NCBI GenBank assembly: GCA_002269645.1
Contig: NIVC01004012.1
Span: 1-64,000, forward strand
Reading direction: 5' to 3'
Origin: Macrostomum lignano
Lineage: Eukaryota
DNA: 64,000 nt
Shown: positions 22,802 to 45,070 of the stretch, in pieces
How the letters are laid out: each line of letters begins with the position of its first letter
How positions within the stretch are numbered: the first letter of the stretch is position 1
The notes under the pieces: generated by a model
The model's input: only the letters and a program-made list of their open reading frames with translations
What the model was told of the DNA's origin: nothing
The model's database searches: none
Program-made: the position numbers and the translations under genes

Positions 22802-23018
22802 CAAGGACCAGTGGTAAAGTAATGAGACGGACGAAACCTAAAAAATTATGGACAAAATCATATCAGTATCTCACCTTATTGAACTCCAAGATGTATTTAT
22901 AAAGCTGAGATTTTTTTATAGAAATAGGAGTTCAATTTGGTGTTCAACTTGAGTTTAAATAGAATGCCGATCATTTTCTAGGTGTCACTTCATATTACTA
23001 TTATATCAGTGGTCCTTG
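22802..23018. mobile_element. Small non-autonomous TIR element with CAAGGACCA...TGGTCCTTG ends
   Basis: About 9 bp perfect and ~20 bp imperfect terminal inverted repeats. Flanks CCACGCT and ACCAGCT are similar but not identical. Confidence 0.45.
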
Positions 23019-24303
23019 ACCAGCTGGACCATGCATGGCACCAAACGACAAAAAATATAGGGCTCGTACGTTCCTTGACCGGCCTCTCCGGATCATTTCT
23101 AAGAAAATCTAGTGTATAGCTAGCGTCCTTCTATACTCCCAATCTTCCAACCCTATCAAAAGATCAAGGTCCATATATATTATTAATGTTTCGAGTCCTA
23201 AATGAACAGATAGCGAGGGCATAGCAACCTCGTCCTTCCAACACGAATACAGATCCTGTATCAATGCGTGCAATCAGTCAGTTGCTATCCGTGTTTATCA
23301 CCGCTGATTCAAATCCATGCTTTCTATAATCCAAATGTTTATCAGTTTTATTTATTCAAAGTACGATCGTATTACCAAATTTTCTTGGATTAACAATTTT
23401 TTACTGATTTTGATTTATCAATCAGCGACGTGTTCAATTTTTTGATTCAAATTTTTATGAAGTCTGAATTATTATATTTTTTCCTAGGCCTACTCAGTCT
23501 TTGATTTTTACAGTTTACCTGCTTGTACGATTTTTTCAAAGGTGCAATCGATTCTATAATTTTTAATAAAGCAAATATACTTCAACCATGTACTGATTAT
23601 AGCTGCCCTTAGATGTGCAAAAGTAAAAACGAAGAAGCAAATAATTTTTGGTTAAGGACGACACAGTTTAACACGATATGGCTAAATTCAAGACTGTATT
23701 ATTGTATTTATTTCTTATATTTTAAACGAAAAGGGACTGAAAGAAAGTCTAGATAGTTGCGCATTAATAATGACGAATGGACGAATTCGAACAAAAGGGA
23801 CAGGAAGAGGTGCTTCTAGATGTTATTTAATATCCGGGGTTCAGAGTATCGACTATCTTAATAGAAAAAATATAGATAACAATAATAACTACTTGGTCTA
23901 CTATAAAGAAACCAAAGGAAGTTGAGCGACTTGAAATAAAATATTAAATACTATTTCTAATCGCTAATAAACTAAGCGTTCTGTTTGCTGTCAAAGGTTA
24001 CACCGGGGGGTTTGGCGGGGGATAGAAAGCTGCTATAATGATTTATAACAGAAAAAAAACACAACTAAGATTTGTGTAAGCTACTCAAGCTGGTTTAGAA
24101 GTGCTTCTTAGGCGTATGAAAAATGGCGCTAAAGATGGATTTGAATCAATTAGAAAATCGAGCAATAGACAGCTGACAGAGTTAAGCACAACATTGAAAT
24201 CGCTAGAGTTAGTTCGACGCTAATTAATAACAGGCTATTATAGCTAAATTAACTGAGTTCCGATCTGGCTGTCAAATCATCATACAGCCAAGGTGTTCAG
24301 CTC

Positions 24304-25857
24304 TCAAGCCTTGGGGTTGCGAAACTTCTTGCCAGCGTACGTGGCCTTGGCGCCCAGCTCCTCCTCGATGCGCAGCAGCTGGTTGTACTTGGCCAGGCGC
24401 TCGCTGCGGCACGGGGCGCCAGTCTTGATCTGGCCGGTGCACAGGCCAACAACCAGATCAGCGATGGTCGTGTCCTCAGTCTCGCCGCTCCGGTGGGACA
24501 CCATGACGCCCCAGCCGGCCGCCTGTGACATCTTGCAGGCCTGGATGGCCTCGGTGACCGAGCCGATCTGGTTGACCTTCAACAGCAGGGCGTTGCAGGC
24601 CTTCTTGTCGATGCCGGTCTGCACGCGCTCGGGATTGGTGACAAGCAGGTCGTCGCCAACAATCTGGATGCTGACGCCGCCGGTGAACTTGGTGTAGGCG
24701 GCCCAGTCGTCCTGATCGAAGGGATCCTCGATGCTGACAATGGGGTACTTGGCCATCATTGACTTGTAGACGTCGGCGAGCTGGTCGGAGCTCAGCCAGG
24801 CGGACTTGTCGCTGTTGGGATTCTTGAAGTCCAGATCGTACTTGCCGTCCTTGCAGAACTCGGAGGCGGCGACGTCCATGCCGATCTCGATTCGGCCGGT
24901 GTAGCCAGCCTTGTCGATGGCCAACTTCACAAGCTCGAGGCCTTCGAAGTTGTCCTGTAAATATATTAACGCAATCATTTTGAAAATCAAAGTGCAAAAA
25001 CAATTAGTAAAAGTACATAATGCATAGTGCTTCTTGTCCTTTTATTCGTAAATATTTTTGTTAAAATTTGCACTAAAATTTAAACGTCAATACATTTAAG
25101 CACCTTGCAAACTTCTGTATGACCTCTAAAAATAGATTCATAAAAACGAAAAGAATGTTTTATACTTTTATTTGATGATTTTAACAAAATTTTAGTAATA
25201 ACGCACCTGGATATTCGGCGCAAAGCCACCCTCGTCTCCGACGTTGCAGGCGTCCTGGCCATACTTGGACTTGATGACGGCCTTCAGATGATGATAGACC
25301 TCCGAGCCCATTTGCATAGCTTCGGTGAAGCTGGTGGCCCCGGTCGGCAGGATCATGAACTCCTGCATCGCCAGCTTGTTGCCGGCATGCGAGCCGCCGT
25401 TAAGCACATTGAATGCCGGCACTGGCAGGCAGATCTCGGCGTTGCCAGCCAGCTGGGCAAAGTGCAGGTACAGCGGGATCGTCTTCTCGGCGGCGCCAGC
25501 CTTAGCAACGGCCAGCGAAACGCCCAGGATGGCGTTGGCGCCCAGTTTGCCCTTATTCTTGGTACCGTCCAGTTCCATCATGAACTTGTCAATTTCCTCC
25601 TGCTGGGTGCAGGTGAACTTCTTGGCCAGCAGAGCCGGAGCAATAATCTCTTTGACATTGCTGACGGCCTTGAGGACACCCTTGCCGTGGTAGGTTGTGC
25701 CCTTGTCGCGCAGTTCAACAGCCTCGTAGATACCAGTAGAGGCGCCAGACGGGACGGCGGCGCGGAACAGGCCTTTGTCGGTGCAAACATCAACTTCAAC
25801 GGTTGGATTGCCGCGCGAGTCGAAGATCTGCCTGGCTGTGATGCTTCGCAGGGCCAT
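24304..25857 (-). CDS. ENO: Enolase; 2 coding exons 25857-25207 and 24954-24304
   Basis: [64 protein letters not shown]|[50 protein letters not shown]. Intact, with strong GC3 codon bias. Confidence 0.99.
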
Positions 25858-26947
25858 TTCGCTAGTGTTTTGATTAGTAGAGTAGAGAGAATAAAGGGAT
25901 TTCTAGGCAAAGCTGTCTTTAGTACGACGTCTCGTTTCAATTGAGGTTGGCAGTGGAGTTTTTTAGTAGTGCCTTTGCTTCACTATTATATGGCTATTCA
26001 CTTTTCTAGCCGTTTTTCTCTTACCCGCTCCTCTCTATCTCTCTTCCACTTGAGTGTACAAGGACGAACAAATGTACGTAGCACGGGGTGGGGCCATCTA
26101 GTCTGGTCTGAGCCGGCGGGGCTTTAGCTGACACTCTGCTGCGCGATCGATAAGCCCTAGAGAGCTTGATGTACATTCTGTCTGGGGTAAAAACCTTCAG
26201 TCCTTCTATATGCTAGCTTTGCTTGCAGCCTACCCGTGCCCTGTGGAAAGTAGGGGGAGAGCTAGGTATGAACACACATCGCGTATTGCCCACACCCAAG
26301 CACAGCACAAAGCAAAGCTGCTTGCTGGTTTGTCCTTTGCATGAACCCCCTATTCAATGCCTACACGGCTACGGCATGCTGTTGTGTTGATAACACAAGG
26401 CTTATGTGTACTTCAATCCAATCCCCGCGTATGCATGGCTATCAAGGCAATTTTAATGGCTAATAATGTGTCAGTAATTTCTTTAGTTGCGGTTATAGTA
26501 TGTGCGTATTTTTTTATGCCTCTCAAAATGTCCTTTATTCTAAATCTAAAGAATAGTTCGACAAGAGCACGTACAACGCAGTAAAATTCAAAGAGTATAA
26601 ACAATAAGGTAAATAGTTGTAACAGAAAATAAGTCAATCTGTATATTTGATAGCAGTTGAAAAGATAAGCGAGAGGAACCGAAAGTAATTGATGTACTTT
26701 AAGGCTGATTTGTACATCTAGCCCATTTTTGCATCTGAAATACGGAATGTACACTTTACGTATGTACAAACTATTTAAAATACTCAAGTATAACGCAGTC
26801 CGTCAGTTACGATAAAAAACCTCCGTCTACTGTGCAAGGCCCGACTCCTGGAGAGTGGAGAGTCAATTTATCAATCTTATATGAATTAGCATGAGACTTA
26901 GCACACAAAGGCAAAATGGAGTTAAATGGAGTTGAAAATTGAGTTGC

Positions 26948-27736
26948 TTAACTATCGGGCGCGTTCGTCTCAGGTGCGGCGCGTGCATGAGCTGGCGCCA
27001 CTAACCGGATGTTCGGGCACGATCGGTGAACCTCCAGCCTAGCCAGCGCTTCGACGGGCTTGTCGGCGTCCTCCCCGGTGCAGTCGGAGGCGTTGACCAC
27101 GATAGCTGGTAGCGGTCGCCCGGATGCAGTGACAGTAGACACCTCAGGAGCCGCTGGATCCGCCGCTGTCGACTGCTGCTGCTGCCTCGCTGACAAGTAG
27201 CCAGGCGGCGGCGTCGGCGGCATGCCGAGGTGATCGACGCTCTCAAAGTAGCTGGGCGGCGGAGTCGGATAGCGGTATCCGACAACTCCGGCAGTCAGCC
27301 AAGACGGCGTCGCCCGCCGCGCTGGTGCCACCTGATGTCGTCTGGAGCGTCCGTGTCTACGCCGGCGCCGCCCGTTGTTGTCGCGAGTTTCAACGCCGGA
27401 CTCTTCGTCGAAGTCGCCATCAGCATCGGGACAGCAGCAGAGCCTACAGTCCATCACCTTGCAACAGCTGCACAAGCAGAAGAATAGCAAGCCGATCACC
27501 AGCAAAATGCTCACAATGATCAGCGCGTTGAACAAGACGCCCGACAGTTCGCTGGACCGACCACCTGGCGAAGCGGTGGATGGCTCGGTGAACGCCGACA
27601 TCAGCTGTTGCTCATTTTCGTCAACTGGCCAGCGCCGCCGTTCCGAAGGCTGCGTTGGCAACAGATGCGACAGCCAGGTCGCGCTGTCCCAGTGCTGCAT
27701 CGGGGTTAGCCAAGGAAGGGTTTGGTGTTCAAGCAC
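26948..27736 (-). CDS. Orphan single-pass membrane protein with a juxtamembrane Cys cluster and two PY motifs (PPPSY, PPPGY); start codon uncertain
   Basis: 262-codon GC-rich ORF: hydrophobic segment VLFNALIIVSILLVIGLLFFCL, then CSCCKVMDCRLCCC, an Arg-rich stretch, then PY motifs. The ORF opens directly after an AG acceptor (TTAGATAG|GTG). Confidence 0.75.
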   Translation of the reverse strand: MLEHQTLPWLTPMQHWDSATWLSHLLPTQPSERRRWPVDENEQQLMSAFTEPSTASPGGRSSELSGVLFNALIIVSILLVIGLLFFCLCSCCKVMDCRLCCCPDADGDFDEESGVETRDNNGRRRRRHGRSRRHQVAPARRATPSWLTAGVVGYRYPTPPPSYFESVDHLGMPPTPPPGYLSARQQQQSTAADPAAPEVSTVTASGRPLPAIVVNASDCTGEDADKPVEALARLEVHRSCPNIRLVAPAHARAAPETNAPDS

Positions 27737-28342
27737 CTATCTAACCTCGGCATATATACGAGTATGTGGATCGTTTGTTGGCGCAGAGTTGCCTCTTTAG
27801 CTTGTAGACTAAAACAAACTCGGCTTGCTTTTTGACCTGCCAAAATTACTTAGTCTCATAGTTGGCACAACACGGGCCACTCAGATTGGACTTGGACTGC
27901 AATTTGCGATGCTGTTCAGCCGCTCAAAACTGCTATCTTTCCCAGAAACAGATAGCGTCACACTGGCGTATATAGACTTGCTATCAAAGTTAAACTTATT
28001 ACTGCGGCGGTGTACATTCAGTTGGGCCCCTCGGATTTATGGTTTGATAATTCCGTACATATTATTCGACGCAGGTATGTAGGTACATGTACACGAAGCC
28101 ACGGCATGTACGTACGCATTCTTGGCGCAAGCGAGCAACCTGTTTTTATTAAATCCAGGCGTATGAAAACAAACAAAAAGTTAAATAACAAAACATGTTT
28201 TTCTATTTCATTTCCCGTACTACACTGTAGATAGATAACAGCTCGTAAAATGCAGAACGGATCTCAGTGGGCCGATAAATAAGTTAATATATTTAAAACC
28301 AAATATAACCAGCTATTACGCAATCAATAAGTAACAACAAAT

Positions 28343-28735
28343 AGCAGGGGACATCGCCAAAAAGGGGAGGGAGTCAGGTCTATCAAAAACTTTCCAGTAG
28401 TGTGGACGCGCATCGTTGGTATTTTTTTTTGACAGCGTTGCGCCGTTGTCAAGCGAGTCCCGAAGATGTATGAGTTCTCTTATTCGACTAAAAACTACTG
28501 AAAAGTTTTGCTTCTAATCGTAGTCGGCGTTTTCACTAACAAAATAAAAGTGTAATCGCTCTTCCCAAAGCCTCAATAGCTGAGTGGCTCATATCTAGGG
28601 AATATAGGATCTATGGTGTAGTTCTACTTCTACTTCAGTTGTCCATGGCTCTATCCATGACCAAATAAACGAAAATAGACTCTTATTACACTTTGAATTT
28701 TTTCTTTGTCCCTGCCCCTATGGCGACGCCTCTAA
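28343..28735. mobile_element. Putative MITE with CAGGGG(A)CATCGCCA / TGGCGACGCCTCT ends
   Basis: Imperfect terminal inverted repeats similar in style to the 53176 element. No TSD found. Confidence 0.4.
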
Positions 28736-28756
28736 CAGAACAGTCAATGCCAGTCA

Positions 28757-38157
<9,401 letters not shown>

Positions 38158-40713
38158 TCAGTTGGTGTAAGTAGTCGACTAGAGAGTCTGGTATAGTTTT
38201 CTATGCAGCAAAATGTGAGTTTAATTTTATTTTAGTACACAGGATAGACTTTTTAGCACTCGTCAACAACTAGCCCAACTGAACTCACGCTGTCACGAGA
38301 TTTAAATGCTACTCCATGCCAATCGGTGATTCACGGGTTCGAAGGGTTTATCAACCACTTAGTGATCAGGATGCTACACAGAGGCGTAGCCAATTGGGGG
38401 GGGGGGGCTTTACAGTATAGCTTTGGGGCTTTACAGTGTAGGGCCCTACTACACCCTTGGCACTACTACAACCCTACTTTGATGATGCCGCGACTAGCTA
38501 CATCACTTCTGCCCGCTCGTGGTTTTTCGAGGGGGTAGCGCTGTTGCTGAGTGTATATAGAGGAATCTCTTGAAGTATGCCTATTGGATAGAATAAAATT
38601 GATAATGATGAAGGAATGCCAAGCTGCTATCAAGTGCAACAATCAAATCCAACCGCTTATACCTACGAGTAATACAATCAGGATCATGGGTATAAAGTTA
38701 AAGCCTTGTCAGTCACAAAATTTTTGAAAAAGATGTAACAAACGCAAGTTAAAATTGTCGGTTTAAATGTGCTTAATAAAAAACAACTTCAGAAATCTGT
38801 TCAGAATGAACTACTTTATAGTATATTTCAGCTGATAATAAAACTTATCTTCAAAATTGTGCAGACACCCACGTTTATTAAATAATTTATCTGGCTTTAC
38901 AACTCACGAACGGGAAAATGAAATTAATTAACTTACTAGATCTAAAGTTACAAAAAACTATGCTGCAAAAAAACTGAGCAACTTAGTCAACCGTGCTTGC
39001 GATCCTCAGTCAAGTCAACGGTTTGGGAAAAAAGAAACAAATAGAAAACACACGACAATCTATATTCAGTATACTTAATAGTGGTTGCATTAAGGTTCAT
39101 TTTATACCGCCATTTGATGAGGCATCAGTTTACATCTGATGTACAACGCGACGAAAAATTATGTACACGCCACACAATGTGACCGTGCAAAATTGGCCGT
39201 ATTTGATGGAGGCGTTAACAAGACTTGAGAGAGGCTGATGTAAAAACGAAAATATTTTTTTAAACTTGCTCGCTGGGCATACTCGTAGATAGGGGGCTGG
39301 GGAGGAAGGACTGTCCAGAAAATCGATAGTACAATTAATTCTCAAACAGCACGACCGGGGATAGAAAAATGGGTTGGGGTGGGGTTGATGGCTGACCAAA
39401 AAAATCGATAAAACCTTCAACCAGTGATATGTGACAGGAAGGGATGGGAGGGAAGGTTGTAGAGGGCTTGGCTTTGGGGGCCTTGGGGCTGACCATAAAA
39501 TCGATAAACCCACCCCATTAAACATACGTTTAATATAAGTGTTTTCCAGATTTAAAAAAATTATGCTGTTAAAGCTACTGGATTGAGATAATAAAATCAC
39601 AGCTTTTTACTATTAAATTAGACTATTATAGATCTTAATATGCAGACATTTTAGCACAGAACTATAAAATGGACGGCAAAAAATATAAACTGTTGTATTG
39701 CGTGCACCAGAATCGGTTTGCGCATTTATTGCAGATTTATACTTACTTATGCTACTTAGCTCATAGTACACTGTAGTAGTATACATGGAGTCTTGACAGC
39801 TGTACAATTCTCGTACGAGCGTATAACAACTCGAAGCAGACAACGAATGAATCTGCGCGTTATCATGATGCGACACAATGGTCTACATGACTAGAAAACA
39901 AAATGACAAAAAACTTGTTTCACCAGACCAGACCAGGGAAAACTAATAAATAAAGTTTAGCAACCGAAAGCGTGCGCCATATGCCACTAGCAAAATTGGA
40001 TATAAATATTGCAGGCTGGAATGTGGAAACGGATCAGAGAAAAAATACAAGATTGAAAAACATTTCAAAATTGTTAATCATAAAGAGCATCTGAGTGATC
40101 GGAATTAATTGACAACTTGTGAAAGTCTTAATAAAGCACTATACGAGTAAAGGAAATCGAAAATGTAAAAAACGCAAATTATGTCAGATACAAAAATATT
40201 CAATAAAAGCAAGCTGCAACAAAAATAAGAAGCAAAAATAGGTTTTTTATTCATCAAAACTGTTAAATTCACAACTGCAACAAACTGCCAATTATTCTGT
40301 GATTGAACAGAGACAATCAACAGAAGAGTTATAGCTGAAAAAATTAGGCTGTATATTCAAGGTAGGAAATTTAACTAAAAAACAGATACCAAGGCCCAGT
40401 AACTCTTCTGCTTATCTCTAGTAGATAGGCAATTAGGCTTCAATAGAGCTTTTATCAACGACAATAGACAGATGGAGTTGGCGATGCACTAACAAAAGCA
40501 TACACGATTCTTTTACTCTTTATACAATCTGTTCATGTGTAATATGAATTTTGGAATGTGTGGAATGTGATAGTACTAGCTAAAACATATTGCCATTTCG
40601 AATGTGCTTTCTTTTCCTTTTAAAGCGTTGCATTTCGGAGCTTTGGGTAACTTTGGGAAACACGAACTTTTACACGAATATAGACAGTAGGACAAAGAAG
40701 CACAATTCATAAT

Positions 40714-42403
40714 TTAGAAGGCTTCAGTCCTGTCTCCACCCAGGCCTAGCTGGGAAGCGCTAGACGGGGCAGCACCGAAGGCAGTCACATCGTAGCGCTT
40801 GTTTGTCTGGGCAATATAAGCCGTAGGATGCGGCGCGGTGTCCACAGCGTACATGCACCGACTGTCGGGCCTCTGGCTCAGTCTGGGCAACAAGCAGGCA
40901 AATAGAAAGTGCGCCAACACTAGAATGGCCGCCACTGGGCAGGCTGACGTCATGACGGCCATGTGCTGGCGGACGGCGAATTTCACCGGCCCAATACAGC
41001 CCTGGCCGTGCACTCGGTAGGGCGAGGACGACGATTTGCCGTTTAAAGACAGGCCACTAACTGGGACGCAGTTTGGTCCGCCACTGCCATTGTTGCTACC
41101 CGACTGTTGCCAGTTGTGAGACGGACAGGTGCAAGAGCTAGGCGCAATCAGGATTAGCTCGGCAACAACTGACACGCCTGTGCCTGTACCGCCGGACGCT
41201 GTGGTAGTAGCGTCTTCAACGGTGGACGATGACTCGCTAGGCGTTGGCGCGTCACTTGTTGACAAATCGGACGGCGTGACAGTCTCGTCAAAAGAGGTTG
41301 GCAGAGACGGTCGCGGCGAGTCGTAGTAGCGAGTTCCGTTACGATAAGAGTACCAATCGGCGTAGGACTCAGCGCCGCAGCAGCCGAATATGGACTGGAG
41401 CGATTCCCAGCACAGCAGGACGCTGGACGCTGTGGTGGACAGCGATGAAGAGGAACCGGCACCGCCGCCGCCTCCTTCGCCTCTGTTTAGGCCGTCCATA
41501 TAGTCTAGCTTGGCTTGAACAAACAGGCTCTGCACCTCTTGAGCCGTGTCTCGGGCCTAAAAATGTTTAAACACAAGTAAAAATGAATATGTTAGCCCGG
41601 GAGATCTCTACGACAAGGGTATTTACGTCCTAAAGAAGCCCTTTGTTAACAACGATCTTCCCTACATTCCGTCCAAATATTTGCATCTGCAGAAGCTTCT
41701 TTGGATTTCTATTGCACGTAAACAAAAATACCTTTGATTAAATAACACAAAAGGTTCCCAAAAAGAAAAACTCCCATACACGATCGACTTCCAAGTTATT
41801 GTAGCAGAGTTGAACCCAGGCAGTTTGACGAAAGTCAGGCGCGTTTAAGCGCTGAGCTACGCCCCCTATTGAAGCTTAAGAGAATCTGAAAAGAAAACGC
41901 ACCTGCGCCTCGTTGCCATATTTAGCAGACAAAACCAGAGTTCCAAACAGGCCGCACACGGACAATACAAGCAGCGCCAGCAGGACGGTGGTCACCTGCT
42001 GCATCAGAGCCTGCTGCTGCTGCTGCTCCGGCTGTTGCTGGTGCTCTGGCTGTTGCTGATAGCGCTGCTGCATACAGCAGATAAATAGCAGGCCGAGCAT
42101 GCCGGAAGCCAGCAGCAGGATACCAGAGGCTAAAAATATCCACATCGGAGCGTAATAAGCAGCAAACACTGGGCAGGTCCAGAGCCGGATGCCAAGCAGC
42201 CAGGCTGACAGGCCCAGCAGGGTGAGGCCGGCTATCAGAAAGGAGGCATAAAAGGCGCACAGACAGAGGCCGAGTAGCTGCGAGCGGAACGGCTGATCGC
42301 GCAGCCCACCGCCGCTGCCGCCGTCGGCGGTCGGCTCGGAGACAGCGTCAACGTCACGACTGTCGAAGCTTTCGTGTATTGTAGCAATCCGACGGCCCGA
42401 CAT
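40714..42403 (-). CDS. Tetraspanin-family protein with an expanded Ser/Thr-rich large extracellular loop; 2 exons 42403-41903 and 41556-40714
   Basis: Three hydrophobic segments in exon 1. Exon 2 has the CCG motif (WESLQSIFGCCGAESYADW), later Cys residues (SCTC, PNC, GCIG) and a fourth TM segment (VAAILVLAHFLFACLL). Confidence 0.8.
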
Positions 42404-42920
42404 GTCGATAGTTGACAAGAGCAGTCAGGTCAAGATTAGGTAAGCTCGAGCTTGTTAGAGTTTAAGCTGAAATACAACCCAAGTCTTGCCAGTAAATAAT
42501 GAATTTTCATAAGCATCATGTAGTCTACTACATCCCACCTTATCTATATTACTTATAGCGGACACATAAACCTGTTAACAACCCTACTGAGATTATTCAG
42601 GATTATGAAAGCTACCACACACTACTGACTGAGATGATCACGCGCTCTAGGGAAAGCCGTCCCATACTACTGAGATGATTATGAATTCTGACACTATCCT
42701 ACAACAATCTACGTCTTTCAGTCAATGCAGCAAATTTAATCTGTAGTGACGGGAACTATGCTTCACCCCTATACAGCAAAAATTTATACAGTTAAATAAG
42801 ATAAGAAAACACATGGAAATTAGTCCGCAATACAAATTTCTAATTTCATCCAGCATACCCGTATACTCGCGAATGCACACCAGTGTATTATAATAGTAAC
42901 AATTAGCTATGCTCAAACAA

Positions 42921-43340
42921 CTAAGAATACAATGGCATGCGCTGAAAGTGCACAGGCAAAGACGGATAGAATCTCGGACAGCTGGCCGAGTCCATCAACG
43001 AGTGCAGATGAGAAAACCAACGGGTGATGTTAGCAAACCGCTCCTTCTCCTGACAAGTCCAACGTTCCGTAACATAGCCGCCAAGGTCTTTGTACAGCAG
43101 CAGATCGATAGCTGTTAACCGTTCCCCTAACAGGTAGGTCTGCCCAGCCAGGTAGCGTTCGTTAAGCAGCCGCAACGCTCTCTGCTCGTCCGCTTCATTG
43201 GCCATGCGCCTGAGCTGCAGAGCTCGGAACTCGAGCAGCTCGTAAGTGAGCAGCTCTTCGTCCGGCGTGGCGAAAGTCAATTTTCGGCCGGCCAGAGAGC
43301 CGCCGAATTCGCGCACTGTAGCCTGGTATGGGGCGAGCAT
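42921..43340 (-). CDS. EEF1E1: Aminoacyl-tRNA synthetase complex-interacting protein 3 (p18), GST-C-like; N-terminus may be incomplete
   Basis: LNERYLAGQTYLLGERLTAIDLLLY...TCQEKERFANITRWFSHL resembles human AIMP3 LNSYLEDKVYLTGYNFTLADILLY...TVQEKEKYLNVSRWFCHI. Confidence 0.82.
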   Translation of the reverse strand: MLAPYQATVREFGGSLAGRKLTFATPDEELLTYELLEFRALQLRRMANEADEQRALRLLNERYLAGQTYLLGERLTAIDLLLYKDLGGYVTERWTCQEKERFANITRWFSHLHSLMDSASCPRFYPSLPVHFQRMPLYS

Positions 43341-43669
43341 GGCAACGGCGGACAGATCAGCAGCTCAGGAAGCTGAGAAGCTGCTCAGCTGTAAACAATG
43401 CACGAGGGACGAACAAACTCTAATAAGCATTGTTGCAAACAATGGAGAGCTGCAAGCACATACAGCAAGTCTGTAAACCAATAATCCTTGATTTATTTAT
43501 TATAATAAAGGTCACAACCTGATAAGACAAGGGCGATTTAAGTAGTATGATTAGCACTTAATTTATTGCGTAAAATGAAGAAACTTTTACACACACACTA
43601 TAACCAGTATACTTTTTGTTTTTTTGCAAAAACAAGTAAGACAACCACTGTACCCTCACAGTGTCCCTA

Positions 43670-44330
43670 GAACCCCAAGACACATTGGCCCTAGAGACAC
43701 CAGACACATTGGCCCTAGAGACCCCAGATACATTGGCCCTAGAGCCCCAGAAACAGTGGCCCTAGAGACACCAGATACATTGGCCCTAGAGACCCCAGAA
43801 ACAGTGGCCCTAGAGACCCCAGAAACAGTGGCCCTAGAGACACCAGATACATTGGCCCTAGAGACACCAGACACATTGGCCCTAGAGACCCTAGACACAT
43901 TGGCCCTAGAGACACCAGACACATTGGCCCTAGAGACACCAGACACATTGGCCCTAGAGACACCAGACACATTGGCCCTAGAGACCCTAGACACATTGGC
44001 CCTAGAGACCCTAGACACATTGGCCCTAGAGACCCTAGACACATTGGCCCTAGAGACCCTAGACACATTGGCCCTAGAGACCCTAGACACATTGGCCCTA
44101 GAGACCCTAGACACATTGGCCCTAGAGACCCTAGACACATTGGCCCTAGAGACCCTAGACACATTGGCCCTAGAGACCCTAGACACATTGGCCCTAGAGA
44201 CACCAGACACATTGGCCCTAGAGACCCTAGACACATTGGCCCTAGAGATCCCAGACACAAAGAGCCCCAGAAAAAGTGGCCCTAGAGCCCCAGAAACAGT
44301 GGCCCTAGAGCGCTAGACGCAGTGGCCCTA
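43670..44330. repeat. Intergenic minisatellite, 24 bp unit (GGCCCTAGAGACCCTAGACACATT)
   Basis: About 27 copies between SRBD1 and AIMP3. Confidence 0.95.
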
Positions 44331-45070
44331 AACCAAAAATGTGTATCTATAAGGCTCTAACCTAGTCGAATGCTCTTTAATTTTTAGAAAAATAAGCCAT
44401 GAAAGTGAACTCTCACTAATAGTTTAAAAAATGAGTATAACGGTTTTACTTGTTTCTTTGCAAGCAATAGTAAAATATACTGTATCAGAATAACTTGCTT
44501 ACAAGAGAGAAAATGCTAACAATGAAAGAAGCTTTTAATCGCAGTTAATATTGGCACTCTAAGAGCTGGCTGTCTCATTCTAAGACTATAGAGTTTGATG
44601 CGTTTTCTGTAAAGACACATCTTTCTTAGTGCAAAATATCAGTGCAGAAAAGTACCAGCAGCGACTAACTACTGTTTAATAAGTAGTATAAATGTAGCAG
44701 GACGTAATATTTCAAACTGCAGAAAATTATTAGAAGGCTCAATCTCGCTTGCAAATGATTTTATAATTTTCTTAATTTATAACTTAAATTAACTTACTAT
44801 TAACTATTAATCTGTGTTGCAATTATGGATAACTAAAATCAAAGGACGCTATGCTCGCAAATTGGCAATATCTCACCTTTTGGACTTCCAAATTGCGTGC
44901 CTGTGCCCCATCTCTCCCCGAGGTGAATTTGCAAGTTTGTCAAACTATTTTTCCTGCAAGCTTCCAGTGTTCTTATCTGGCGTGCAGCAAAATTTTGCAC
45001 GGGTTGCAAGTACAGCATCTTTCTACATTAGTTGTCCATGGCTATGTTCTTGTACAGTGGCCATCAGCAA

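Noticed and set aside
24293-25944. Antisense and alternative-frame ORFs over enolase, and similar ones over CFAP57, SRBD1 and ATRIP exons
   Set aside because: Expected shadows of GC-rich, codon-biased exons, with no independent homology.
26413-26787. 124-aa hydrophobic ORF between the PY gene and enolase
   Set aside because: Starts at TTG with no early ATG, is AT-rich, lies in the probable 3' region of the upstream gene and has no recognisable motif.
43340-43390. In-frame TGA upstream of the AIMP3 ATG (possible selenocysteine or readthrough N-terminal extension)
   Set aside because: The extension shows no similarity to known AIMP3 N-termini and no SECIS was recognised. More likely 5' UTR.
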